From an uncultured Candidatus Saccharibacteria bacterium (GTDB lineage Bacteria; Patescibacteriota; Minisyncoccia; Phycocordibacterales; Phycocordibacteraceae), in assembly GCA_964446735.1 (NCBI GenBank), contig CAYUQB010000001.1, positions 27,892 to 91,891 of the forward strand: a stretch of DNA of 64,000 bases, read 5' to 3'. How positions within the stretch are numbered: the stretch's first letter is position 1; each line of letters begins with the position of its first letter. Below the pieces are notes generated by a model. That model ran no database searches, was not told the DNA's origin, and worked only from the letters and a program-made list of their open reading frames with translations. Of this stretch, positions 49,661-58,515 are shown one piece after another. The translations under genes and the position numbers were made by a program.

Positions 49661-50640
49661 GGAATGAGCTCCCACGGACTGATGGGTGACCAACCATCAC
49701 GCGGAAGATTGTAGTGGTTATACACTGAGCCGTGACGGCATGTGCTGTAGACCATCGCGCCAGCTTTCTGCAAAGCGCGCACAACTGCGCGTCGAGGATG
49801 CTTTGTCGTGCCAGGCGAGGAGATGTAGGCAACTTCTGGAGCAAGGTGGGTTATTAACGCGCGATCAAGATTGCGGCGGCTCCCGTGATGCGGCACATCC
49901 AGCCAGTTCAACTTACTGATGTCCTTCACTGTCATCGCACCCCGCAATGCGCGTTTTCCGGCGTCTCCGGTGAACAAGTATTTTCGGCCATGCCCTTCAA
50001 TCAAGATAATGATACTGCTGTTGTTCACTGGCTTGGTATCTATAGATGGGTCGTCGATTATCGAAGTTCCAGGGATCGCTGCGACCGCTGCATCGGTTGT
50101 ATCGGAGTGGAACCACGCGCTAACGACTTCGTCGTTTAGCCAGATATCCCGAAACAGTCCTTCGCTTGGCCCAAGTACGTATACCGACCATCCGCCCCAG
50201 TCATAAATCGAATCAGGGCTTGCAAATAAGGTGTGCACGCTTGTCCCCTGCGCCTGCGCTGCGCTCTGTAGTGCGTCCATCCTTTCGAAGGCGGAGGTGA
50301 ACACACTGTATTCATCGCTTGTGAGCGCCGTTCGGGCCTTTTTTAACAAAAGAGGTTCGGAAATGACTCCTCTCGGGTCGTTCAGTATCAGGTGAGCAAC
50401 GTTATGGTTCTCAAGCAACGACACAAGACCGCCGATATGATCAGTGTCGGGGTGGGTGCTTACTACAATATCAACGCCGTTGTCGTGATATTGGCTGACA
50501 TGATTCAACAGAGGCTCGCTGTTCGCCGCGGCACCTCCGTCGATTACGATTACCCTGCTGTCTCCGCTTTCGTCTCGAAGTTCGACTACGTGCGAGTCAC
50601 CCTTGCCGACGTCTATCATTGTTATTCCGAGCTGCGACAT
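49657..50640 (-). CDS. ComEC/Rec2-like metallo-beta-lactamase-fold hydrolase (soluble)
   Basis: DVGKGD, IDGG, THPDTDHIGG, NNSS, FTGDA, PHHGS, HP. Confidence 0.88.
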   Translation of the reverse strand: MSQLGITMIDVGKGDSHVVELRDESGDSRVIVIDGGAAANSEPLLNHVSQYHDNGVDIVVSTHPDTDHIGGLVSLLENHNVAHLILNDPRGVISEPLLLKKARTALTSDEYSVFTSAFERMDALQSAAQAQGTSVHTLFASPDSIYDWGGWSVYVLGPSEGLFRDIWLNDEVVSAWFHSDTTDAAVAAIPGTSIIDDPSIDTKPVNNSSIIILIEGHGRKYLFTGDAGKRALRGAMTVKDISKLNWLDVPHHGSRRNLDRALITHLAPEVAYISSPGTTKHPRRAVVRALQKAGAMVYSTCRHGSVYNHYNLPRDGWSPISPWELIP

Positions 50641-50642
50641 AA

Positions 50643-51239
50643 TTAGAGATTTGCGCTTTTAATCAAGGTGTAGGATTGGAGAACCTTCGATCGGTTGTAT
50701 CCAAAGAACCTGGCCCTCCGGTGCAGGAACAAATACGTAAAGAGCACACAAATAGCCGTGGATATGAATATCCACGGCTCATATGCTTGCGTGAAGATTA
50801 GATACGCAGCAAGAAAATCGACTTCGAGACCGAAGGCAACAGCCCATGCTCGGTAGAGACTGTACTGCGCGTTCAGGGCGGCAATCTGGCCCGATGCGTC
50901 CTTGGACAGCACGAGCAAGTAGCAGTGGTTATACACGTCTCGATGCGAAATTTGCCCTAAGGATAGATGCTCCCGTACCACCTCTAAAGTGGCGATTTCC
51001 TCATCTGTATAGGTATCCTTATTCTCCGCTGTGAGAATATTTGAAAGCGACTGGCAGACATGTCCTACGAAATAGGCAGCCAAGATCCACAATATGGCGG
51101 TATCGAGAGTGAACGCCGGCAGCCGCTCAGGAAACAACAACGCAGCGTCCACGTAGACGAGTGCAAGCGCAATTGCGCCGCTCGTCAGGAACGCAACTTG
51201 GTCGTAGAGGCTGAATTTAGAGAGAAATGTGTTTTCCAT
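50643..51239 (-). CDS. 4-TM membrane protein
   Basis: Two TM pairs around a soluble loop; 2 nt upstream of the MBL gene. Confidence 0.7.
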   Translation of the reverse strand: MENTFLSKFSLYDQVAFLTSGAIALALVYVDAALLFPERLPAFTLDTAILWILAAYFVGHVCQSLSNILTAENKDTYTDEEIATLEVVREHLSLGQISHRDVYNHCYLLVLSKDASGQIAALNAQYSLYRAWAVAFGLEVDFLAAYLIFTQAYEPWIFISTAICVLFTYLFLHRRARFFGYNRSKVLQSYTLIKSANL

Positions 51240-51364
51240 GCCGTCACGTGGGCATGACTACAGCATACTCCTCTTCTTCATGAAGGCTAGATCTGGTCGA
51301 AGACCTCCGCCTCCGGCATAGTTCGAACTCTCTACAGTAGACCGCAGGTGCGGTTCGAACCCAC

Positions 51365-51403
51365 GCAAAAGGCCTCGGAATCATTGAGTCCGAGGCCTTT
51401 TGC
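51365..51403 (-). terminator. Terminator after tRNA-Tyr
   Basis: GCAAAAGGCCTCGGA / TCCGAGGCCTTTTGC 15-bp stem. Confidence 0.7.
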
Positions 51404-51413
51404 TCCTGTCTTT

Positions 51414-51499
51414 TGGTGCGCCGGGAGGGATTCGAACCCCCGTAGGATAAATCCGCTTGGTTTACAGCCAAGTGCAATTGACCACTCTGCCACCGACGC
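51414..51499 (-). tRNA. tRNA-Tyr(GTA), CCA encoded
   Basis: GCGTCGG..CCGGCGC-A-CCA; anticodon loop CTGTAAA; long variable arm. Confidence 0.95.
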
Positions 51500-51504
51500 A
51501 TGAA

Positions 51505-52113
51505 CTACGGCACTATACCAGCTTCGGCTGGCTTTTGGAACGGATTAGGTCCCTCAAACGTAAGCCGAGGAATATTACGATTCACATACTGGTATTCAAC
51601 CCCGTACTTCTCGGCGTAGATCTTATCAGCCGTATCAAATCGTGCCGTGCTCCAGTCAAATCCAAGTGCGGTAGAGACATCTCGGACGTGTTCTTCTGAA
51701 ATACCTTCAATTTCGACAAATGGCTCGAGCCACGGCCACTCGTCAATGGTTATCTCCGCGCCCTGTAGTTTCCAGAGTTCCCGTTTGGTTTCTTGGTAGT
51801 TTTTATCCCGACACCCCAGAAGCCGGAGCAGCTCCTGTCCGCGCTCGAAGTTATCAATGGTAAGGGCGAGTTCTCCTTGATGGTCCATTTGCGAATTATC
51901 ACCTCGCCGTTCCTTGATGCTGAGGGTGATCTTATCACCCTCGTCTCGGATACGAACCCACGCACGAAGCGCGTACTCTTCGTCCGGAGGATATAGGTTC
52001 ACCCGGCGCATAAAGCGTTCTGGATAGATGAGGGTTGCACCCGCATCAGTAAGTCGACGTCTGACCTCGTCTTTATCAACCGGCCAAAACGTTGCTTCCC
52101 ATTCGGTCTCCAT
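51505..52113 (-). CDS. CYTH-domain protein
   Basis: E.E.E N-terminus, WVRIRDEG..TL..K, E.KRE.W, EIEG. Confidence 0.82.
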   Translation of the reverse strand: METEWEATFWPVDKDEVRRRLTDAGATLIYPERFMRRVNLYPPDEEYALRAWVRIRDEGDKITLSIKERRGDNSQMDHQGELALTIDNFERGQELLRLLGCRDKNYQETKRELWKLQGAEITIDEWPWLEPFVEIEGISEEHVRDVSTALGFDWSTARFDTADKIYAEKYGVEYQYVNRNIPRLTFEGPNPFQKPAEAGIVP

Positions 52114-52115
52114 AG

Positions 52116-53348
52116 CTATTTCTGCCGTACCAAAAGCTTTTCAGTCTTTCCTTTCTGCAGTACCGCTAGTCCATGGTTGAAATCAGTTGATTCAAGAACA
52201 CGGTCAGTGAGTACGGTATCTCCATTGAGCTTGATTCCCTTTGCGTCCATGAGTCGTCGTGCTTCAGATTTTGACGGTAGGAATTCTGTCAGAGTAAGTG
52301 CGTCGATGATGCTTGCGCCTGGCACCACCGATACCGATGGGACAGAAGCAAAGAGTGCATCCCGATCAGCGAGGGTAAGTGAATCAAAGGGTGCATTTGC
52401 GAAGAGGACTTCAGAGAAACGTTCCGCACGGTCTGCCTCTCCTTTTCCATGCACCAATGTCGTTACTTCCTGGGCGAGTGTCCGCTGTGCGGTACGACGC
52501 TCTGGGTTCCGCCCATGCATTTCAAGCAATGCATCGATCTCACTGGTCGAACGGAATGTATAGAACTTCATGAGCTTGCTCACCTCGCTATCGGGCTGAT
52601 TGAGCCAAAACTGGTAGAACTGAAACGGAGATGTCTTTCGAGCATCGAGCCACACCGCGTTCCCTTCCGATTTTCCGAATTTCCGTCCGGTAGCGTCAGT
52701 TACAAGCGGAATGGTGACCGCGTATGCTTCGCGCCCCTGTTTGCGACGGATAAGCTCCACTCCCGAGAGAAGATTCGTCCACTGGTCGCTCCCACCTACT
52801 TGTAGATCGCATCCATATTTTTGATTCAGTACGAGGTAGTCATAGCCTTGAAGGAGTGAGTACGCGAACTCAGTGTACGAAATACTCTCGTCTGGAGTCT
52901 CGAGCCTTCGGCGGATGATGTCACGCTTCACGAGCTCATTTACAGTGAAGTGCTTTCCAATATCACGTAGGAAATCTATAAGCTTAATTTTGAGAAGCCA
53001 ATCTGCATTATTCACGAGCGTTACCTTGGTACCGATGATGCGCTGCATCTGATCACGGAGCGCTTTGGCGTTCCGGGTGATCAGCTTAGCGTCAGGAAGC
53101 TGACGTTCGCCACTCTCTCGTGGATCCCCGATCATTCCTGTACCACCTCCGACAAGAAGAATGATTCGATTCCCCGCCTGTGCGAGACGGCGCATGAGAA
53201 GAATTACCGCAAGATTACCGGCCTGCATAGAGTCGGCAGAGGGGTCCACACCAAGATAGACGGTTCGAGGTTTGCTGAAGACTTTCTCCAGCTCAGCCGA
53301 GTGGTGCTCGATAAGTCCACGTGCTTTGAGGTCCTCAATGAAGTTCAT
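52116..53348 (-). CDS. tyrS: Tyrosyl-tRNA synthetase
   Basis: Y.G.DPSADS, GG.TG.IGDP, Q.GG.DQW.N, KFGKS, S4 domain; true start MNFIE. Confidence 0.96.
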   Translation of the reverse strand: MNFIEDLKARGLIEHHSAELEKVFSKPRTVYLGVDPSADSMQAGNLAVILLMRRLAQAGNRIILLVGGGTGMIGDPRESGERQLPDAKLITRNAKALRDQMQRIIGTKVTLVNNADWLLKIKLIDFLRDIGKHFTVNELVKRDIIRRRLETPDESISYTEFAYSLLQGYDYLVLNQKYGCDLQVGGSDQWTNLLSGVELIRRKQGREAYAVTIPLVTDATGRKFGKSEGNAVWLDARKTSPFQFYQFWLNQPDSEVSKLMKFYTFRSTSEIDALLEMHGRNPERRTAQRTLAQEVTTLVHGKGEADRAERFSEVLFANAPFDSLTLADRDALFASVPSVSVVPGASIIDALTLTEFLPSKSEARRLMDAKGIKLNGDTVLTDRVLESTDFNHGLAVLQKGKTEKLLVRQK

Positions 53349-53430
53349 GCGAAGACTATACCAAGAAATTATGATGCGGCCGATCTCCATACAGAAAGGA
53401 GGGGGTCGAGACCCCCTCCAATCACCCATA

Positions 53431-54090
53431 TCATACGCACAGACAGGTGCCGCCCTCCATGACGTCGAGCAGACGACCGAACGTCGCTTCCTGGTCCAGT
53501 GTGCTGGTGTCCAGGAAGTGCATGTCGGGCGTACGCCGCAGCGGATCGAACGGGCGGGCGCTGTCCGTGGCGTCGCGCTCGGCGAGGCTCTGACGGACCT
53601 CCTCGAGCGTGAGGGTCGGAACCCGAATGGACAGTTGCGCATGGCGGCGTGCTGCACGAACGTCGAGGCTGGCGTCGATGTAGAACTTGCAGCCAGCATC
53701 TGGAAGCAACACTGTGCCAGCGCTCCGCCCGTCCACCACCGCAGACGGGAAGCCGCCAATGACCTGCTCGACCACGGCGAGCATGGCGCGGAGCTGCTCA
53801 GGATTGGCAGCACGTTCCGCTGTGAGGCGACCCAGCTCATCCGAGGCGAGGTCGTCGATTACCTGTTCGTGATAGGTGATGCGGCTGTGTTCGCCATCCC
53901 ATTCATACCGCCAGGAACCTCCGGTGAAGTCCATCTCAGAGATGGCCGACACCAGTTCGTTTTGAACCCCGTAGGTGCAGGCGCGGAAGACGAGCCCCGC
54001 GTCCACATGTGCGAAGCCGTATGACTTCGCAACCATGCGAGCCAGCGTCCCCTTACCGGAGGCGGCTGGACCACAGATCGTCACGTTCAT
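53431..54090 (-). CDS. cmk: Cytidylate kinase family protein (variant)
   Basis: GPAASGKGT, D.G..FR, DGR..GT, RA.RR, ERD..D..R; start MNVTI. Confidence 0.8.
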   Translation of the reverse strand: MNVTICGPAASGKGTLARMVAKSYGFAHVDAGLVFRACTYGVQNELVSAISEMDFTGGSWRYEWDGEHSRITYHEQVIDDLASDELGRLTAERAANPEQLRAMLAVVEQVIGGFPSAVVDGRSAGTVLLPDAGCKFYIDASLDVRAARRHAQLSIRVPTLTLEEVRQSLAERDATDSARPFDPLRRTPDMHFLDTSTLDQEATFGRLLDVMEGGTCLCV

Positions 54091-54094
54091 TGAA

Positions 54095-54439
54095 TTACCC
54101 TCTTGTCTTGGCGGTGTGCCGCCGTTTGGTGAAGAATCCTTGGCGAAGTCGAAACGCAAGCCGTCCGTCATGATGCCGGATTGGGCTTCCGATCACGGTT
54201 TTGCACTCGGTGCAGGTGAGCCTTTCAAGATCCTCAGGCGCACGTAGCCGACTCTGATGCTGCAGAGCCGCAAGAGACTCGGGAGCGAGGATGCGGTTCA
54301 GATAGCAACGCTTGAGTTGACCGTCGCCATCTTTCTGGTAGTCGAGAACCAGACCTCCACAGGTGGCGCAGTCAACCGAGATGACAAACGCCTTCCCGCC
54401 CCGTGCCTTTCGGTACTTGTCATTGGTGAGTTCATACAT
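54095..54439 (-). CDS. Putative zinc-binding protein
   Basis: CATC, YQKDG.G.L.RCY..RI, CTEC; AAGGA SD. Confidence 0.7.
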   Translation of the reverse strand: MYELTNDKYRKARGGKAFVISVDCATCGGLVLDYQKDGDGQLKRCYLNRILAPESLAALQHQSRLRAPEDLERLTCTECKTVIGSPIRHHDGRLAFRLRQGFFTKRRHTAKTRG

Positions 54440-54516
54440 GGCACGTCCTTATGAAAGAACACTGGATACTACGAAGGCCCCGTATCCAACAGTGAGAAGG
54501 TGGTGATGATCATACG

Positions 54517-55359
54517 TTAGGTATTGAAGCCAAGCGTGTGGCCCCATTCGCGTTGTTTCGCCTTGAGGTTTCGCATGACGTGCGCATTAGAAGACTTCGA
54601 GACAACCGGTTGTACTGAGGTGACCTTCATACCAAGTGCTTGGAAAGCACCTACTTTGCGGGGATTGTTAGTCGCTAGTTTAAAGGACTGGCTGTGACCA
54701 AATCCAAAGGTGCGAAGCATGAGTACTGCTTCGGTGTAGGTACGCTGGTCAATGGCTTGCTCATCGCCATAAAAGAGGCGCGCGGCGGCAACCGTATCAA
54801 GGCCATATTCGGACATAAGTAACTGATTGGCCATCTTGAACTCACCCCACCCGCGTCCGTCATGTGCGGGTATGCTCACGATAATCCCTGTTTTATTTGC
54901 TGTGCATTCTTGCATTGCCAGATGAAGTTGCTCGCGACAGTCACACGTCACATCGCTGAACACCTGTCCGGAAGTGCATCCTGAATCAAGCCGGATAAAA
55001 TTCTCGTCCGCCGTAAGACACGCCACAAGCGATGGATAGAACAAGAAATAGTGCGTCGCCCATTGTCCACCGATCACTTCAGCAGGAATAAGCTCGAAGG
55101 TACCGTGCGGTGTTTCGATCGGACCAGCAACACCGAACGAAACGTATTCCTGCTTACCGTTGAGTATGGTTGAGGCAAATTGCGGTTGTGCAGCGAATGC
55201 TACTAGGCGCTCTGCAAACTCTTCCGGTAGCTCACCTTCCGAATAGCGTAGAAGTGGCTGATATTCCGAATGCACAGAACCTGCGGCCATAGCCTCATCA
55301 AGGAGTTCCCGAAGCGTTTTACGCTTCTTCGCCAAAAGACGTTCGTATCTCCTGGTCAT
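54517..55359 (-). CDS. GTP cyclohydrolase II (RibA)-like protein, variant
   Basis: R.DSGC.SG..F....CDC..QL, DGRG.G, D.R.Y, TNNP.K, K...GH.L. Confidence 0.82.
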   Translation of the reverse strand: MTRRYERLLAKKRKTLRELLDEAMAAGSVHSEYQPLLRYSEGELPEEFAERLVAFAAQPQFASTILNGKQEYVSFGVAGPIETPHGTFELIPAEVIGGQWATHYFLFYPSLVACLTADENFIRLDSGCTSGQVFSDVTCDCREQLHLAMQECTANKTGIIVSIPAHDGRGWGEFKMANQLLMSEYGLDTVAAARLFYGDEQAIDQRTYTEAVLMLRTFGFGHSQSFKLATNNPRKVGAFQALGMKVTSVQPVVSKSSNAHVMRNLKAKQREWGHTLGFNT

Positions 55360-55387
55360 GCCACAAGTATGGTCCGCGCCGAATTGT

Positions 55388-55429
55388 TGTCAATACCTGG
55401 CAACAGCATGCTGTTAACAACTATTGACA
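55388..55429. promoter_or_regulatory. Symmetric divergent promoter/operator
   Basis: TGTCAATA-N6-AACAGCATGCTGTT-N6-TATTGACA. Confidence 0.65.
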
Positions 55430-55460
55430 TGTAGGGCGTTTAGCCCAGAATCAACAGTAT

Positions 55461-56231
55461 ATGAGCCAAGAACTCGAGGAGAAGCTCCTTGAATTCGGCC
55501 TTTCCGAAAAGGAGGCAAAGGTCTATATCTCATTGCTTGAGATAGGCACCTCGCTCGTGACTGATGTTGCCAAGAAGGCCGGCATCAATCGTAGTACTGC
55601 CTACGTCATCCTCGAGTCGCTCGCCAAACAGGGACTCGTCTCAATCACCGAACGCAAGAATATTCGGCTCTACACCCCTGCCCCGCCGGAGCGTCTCATC
55701 CAGAACCTGGAAGAAAAATCACGCAAGGCAATTGAGTTAGTCGGTATTGCAAAGACCATCCTTCCCGAACTCAAGTCGTTCTTCAGTGGTTCTGGTCCCA
55801 AACCCAAGATTCAATTCTTCGAAGGTACCGAAGGAATTAAATCAGCGTATGAGGACACGCTCACCTCAAAGGAGCAGATCAAAGCATTTGCCTCAATCGA
55901 ATCTATGCACTCAACGCTACCCGGCTTCTTCCCTGACTACTATCAACGCCGTGCTACCAAAGGCGTTTCGATCAAGGCAATCTTCCCGGACACCCCAGAG
56001 GCTCGTGAGCGTGTCTCACTTAATAAGCAGGAAAAGCGCGAGGCGGTTTTGGTACCGGTTGATAAGTTCTCACTGACTCCAGAAATTAATATGTACGACA
56101 ACAAGGTGGTATTCATGTCGCTCAAGGAGCGTTTTGCACTGGTGATCGAAAGCCAGGAGCTCGCGGATGCCTTTAAGAAAGTCTTTGACCTTGCATGGCA
56201 GGGAGCAAAACAACATGGCACAGAAAAATAG
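55461..56231 (+). CDS. TrmB-family transcriptional regulator
   Basis: GLSEKEAKVY..LL wHTH, RST.Y..L..L...GL, FFEG..G, IYDNKV effector domain. Confidence 0.88.
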   Translation: MSQELEEKLLEFGLSEKEAKVYISLLEIGTSLVTDVAKKAGINRSTAYVILESLAKQGLVSITERKNIRLYTPAPPERLIQNLEEKSRKAIELVGIAKTILPELKSFFSGSGPKPKIQFFEGTEGIKSAYEDTLTSKEQIKAFASIESMHSTLPGFFPDYYQRRATKGVSIKAIFPDTPEARERVSLNKQEKREAVLVPVDKFSLTPEINMYDNKVVFMSLKERFALVIESQELADAFKKVFDLAWQGAKQHGTEK

Positions 56232-57018
56232 GCTCTCAAAGCTTCCGCTTCCGGGCTTCCCGAATGCCTATCTCTATGACGAGAGCATTAATGACTACGG
56301 GACTATAAAGGACCGACGTAACCGAGTGATTATCGAAGAAGCGCGTCGTCTTCATGTCGATAAGTTGGTGCTTATTACCTCGGGTAATAGTGGGTACAGT
56401 CTCGCGAAAATGGCTCAAGGCACTGGTATCAAAGTGGTGTGCGTGGTGAGCCGTAGACTCGAAGAGAGTATTAAGGAGGCTCTGCGTGCTGTTGCGTACC
56501 AGGTGATTGAACTCAACCTGGACCAAAAGATTCTCCGTCCTGAGGAACTTATTACCATTGCGCGTGAGACTGATGAAGAAGTTATCTGGGACGTGACGAA
56601 TGGATACGAGGATGCATACATAAGCATCATTAAGGAGATCGCACATGAGCTGCAGCCCGACTACATCGTCTGCCCGATCGGCAGTGGCGGAATCTTTATT
56701 GGTCTTGTAGAAGGTGTGACGCACTACCTCCCAAAGACCCGCGTCATCGGTATCGGAACCAAGGAAGCGTACCAAAGCTATGCCGATAAGCTTTCAACGC
56801 CTTGGACGCCCTACACTCGTGCTATGGAAAATGCAGTTAAGGATGGTCATCTCCTCCATCGATTCCCTGAAGAACAGATCAAGCGCATCTACAAGCAATA
56901 CAAGAACTACTCTGAATTCGAGCCTTCCTCAGCGATCGTATTTGGCGTGCTCGATCTTGAGGTGCTTAAGCCAACTGATACCGTTGTGCTCGTGAACTCG
57001 GGTAAATTGCGCCACTAG
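56215..57018 (+). CDS. PLP-dependent fold-type II enzyme (threonine/cysteine synthase-like)
   Basis: N..GT.KDR (PLP Lys), TSGN.G.SLA, P.GSGG, EPSSA, NSG. Confidence 0.8.
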   Translation: MAQKNRLSKLPLPGFPNAYLYDESINDYGTIKDRRNRVIIEEARRLHVDKLVLITSGNSGYSLAKMAQGTGIKVVCVVSRRLEESIKEALRAVAYQVIELNLDQKILRPEELITIARETDEEVIWDVTNGYEDAYISIIKEIAHELQPDYIVCPIGSGGIFIGLVEGVTHYLPKTRVIGIGTKEAYQSYADKLSTPWTPYTRAMENAVKDGHLLHRFPEEQIKRIYKQYKNYSEFEPSSAIVFGVLDLEVLKPTDTVVLVNSGKLRH

Positions 57019-58475
57019 GCAGGAAGTTCAACAACAAAGCGGCTTCCCTTTCCGGTTCCCTCAGATTCGATCCAAACCTTGCCTCCGTTTCCTTCGGTAA
57101 GCTGACGAACCACGTACAGACCAAGTCCCGTACCTGTGGTGTTGACCTTGTTGGCGTTACGAGCACGCGTGAACTTACTGAAGAGTTTCGGTGCCTCATC
57201 TGCAGAAATTCCAACACCGGTATCTTGAACCACGAGTCGTGCAATAGGACCCTCCTTCGATACCGTAACCGTAACCGATCCTTGTTTCGTGTACTTAATA
57301 GCGTTATCTACGAGATTGGTGATCACTTGTTTGATCTTGCCAACATCTGCGTAAATAGAGACTGGTTCACCCGGTGCTGCGCTTATGGCAATACCTTTAT
57401 GAGTCGCCACTGGTTTGAATTCTTCTACCACCTCTGTTGCAAGTTTTGTGAGATCAAAACTGCTCTTCTCATACTTCATTCTTCCTTGCTCAATTCGTGA
57501 GATGTTCAGGTAGTCTTCGATCGAATTGACCATAAGGCGAGCGGATTCTTCGATGATTGAGAGTGGCTCGGTGAGATACGGAGGTACCGGGCCATAGCTA
57601 CCATCAGCCATGTTGGCGGTATAGCCACGAATAGCGGTGATTGGTGCCCGAAGTTGGTGAGTCGCCACCGACAAGAACTCCGTTTTAAGACGATCGAGCT
57701 CCGCCAAGGACTCAGCTCGTCGCTCCCACACCGAAATCAGTATGGCCGCAAGAATGGAGATGGTGAAAATGAGGAACCCAATGAAGATGAGGAATGGGTA
57801 GAGGGTTTGGCGCGTAACCTCAAAGAAGTCGTCGGCCTTGATATCTGTGGCAAGCACGGCAACCACATTGCCGTTCTCGTCAGTGATAGGCGCATATCCG
57901 GTAAGAACGGTACCGTAGTCATCGGTGTAGAGGTCCTGAGCCGTGAGCGGGCCATTGTAGGCTGCGAATGTCTCGGGAATATCAACGGCTTCGGGATATG
58001 GCTGCCCTGGCCACTGGAGTTTGTCTGGGCCATCCGCCTCAACTTTTCCATCTCGGTTCACGTCGACATCATTCGCCGGGTCTTCATCGGTATTCGCGTA
58101 TGGATTCACGGAGTCAGCATCGGCAATGAATTCCATCTGCGTCGGGTCTGCTGCACTCTTACGGAAAATGTACATAAAGACGATGCTGTCGTTTCCATAC
58201 TTCGTCTTGTTCAATTTCCCCACCACTCTCGCCCACTCTGGCTTTTGCCAGTCTTGCTCAGTTTGTAGCGCCTGGATGTCCTTTGCATCCAAGTTAGCTG
58301 CTTGAGTAATAGAGATGGTAATGAGGCGTTCTCGGAGGTTTTGCGTGAGAAGCGTGGTTGTCTGCTGATACAGCAACCACGATGCTGCGACCGCGGCAGC
58401 GATTGCGATAAGCGCAATAATGCCTCCCACCCATGCAAGACGTTTCAGTTTCCCCACCTCAGCCGTATTCTCCAT
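57015..58475 (-). CDS. Sensor histidine kinase
   Basis: 2 TMs around a Cache-like domain; THQLRAP H-box, NL.DNA.KY, DTG.G, GTGLGL. Confidence 0.92.
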   Translation of the reverse strand: MENTAEVGKLKRLAWVGGIIALIAIAAAVAASWLLYQQTTTLLTQNLRERLITISITQAANLDAKDIQALQTEQDWQKPEWARVVGKLNKTKYGNDSIVFMYIFRKSAADPTQMEFIADADSVNPYANTDEDPANDVDVNRDGKVEADGPDKLQWPGQPYPEAVDIPETFAAYNGPLTAQDLYTDDYGTVLTGYAPITDENGNVVAVLATDIKADDFFEVTRQTLYPFLIFIGFLIFTISILAAILISVWERRAESLAELDRLKTEFLSVATHQLRAPITAIRGYTANMADGSYGPVPPYLTEPLSIIEESARLMVNSIEDYLNISRIEQGRMKYEKSSFDLTKLATEVVEEFKPVATHKGIAISAAPGEPVSIYADVGKIKQVITNLVDNAIKYTKQGSVTVTVSKEGPIARLVVQDTGVGISADEAPKLFSKFTRARNANKVNTTGTGLGLYVVRQLTEGNGGKVWIESEGTGKGSRFVVELPA

Positions 58476-58515
58476 ATCGTGTCAGTTTACGTATCTTTAG
58501 CCTAGCATGGCCTGT

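Larger units (their letters stand above)
47860..51400. mobile_element. Putative serine-recombinase island 3' of tRNA-Tyr
   Basis: Recombinase plus two cargo genes directly downstream of tRNA-Tyr; boundaries approximate, no clean att duplication seen. Confidence 0.55.

Noticed and set aside
49657-50640. Genuine comEC competence gene
   Set aside because: No Competence/TM domain, no export signal, and located in an integrase island.
53349-53840. N-terminal extension of TyrRS in the ORF track (574 aa), suggesting a fusion
   Set aside because: It overlaps cmk in another frame and crosses a terminator; TATAGT-6nt-ATG at 53348 marks the real start.
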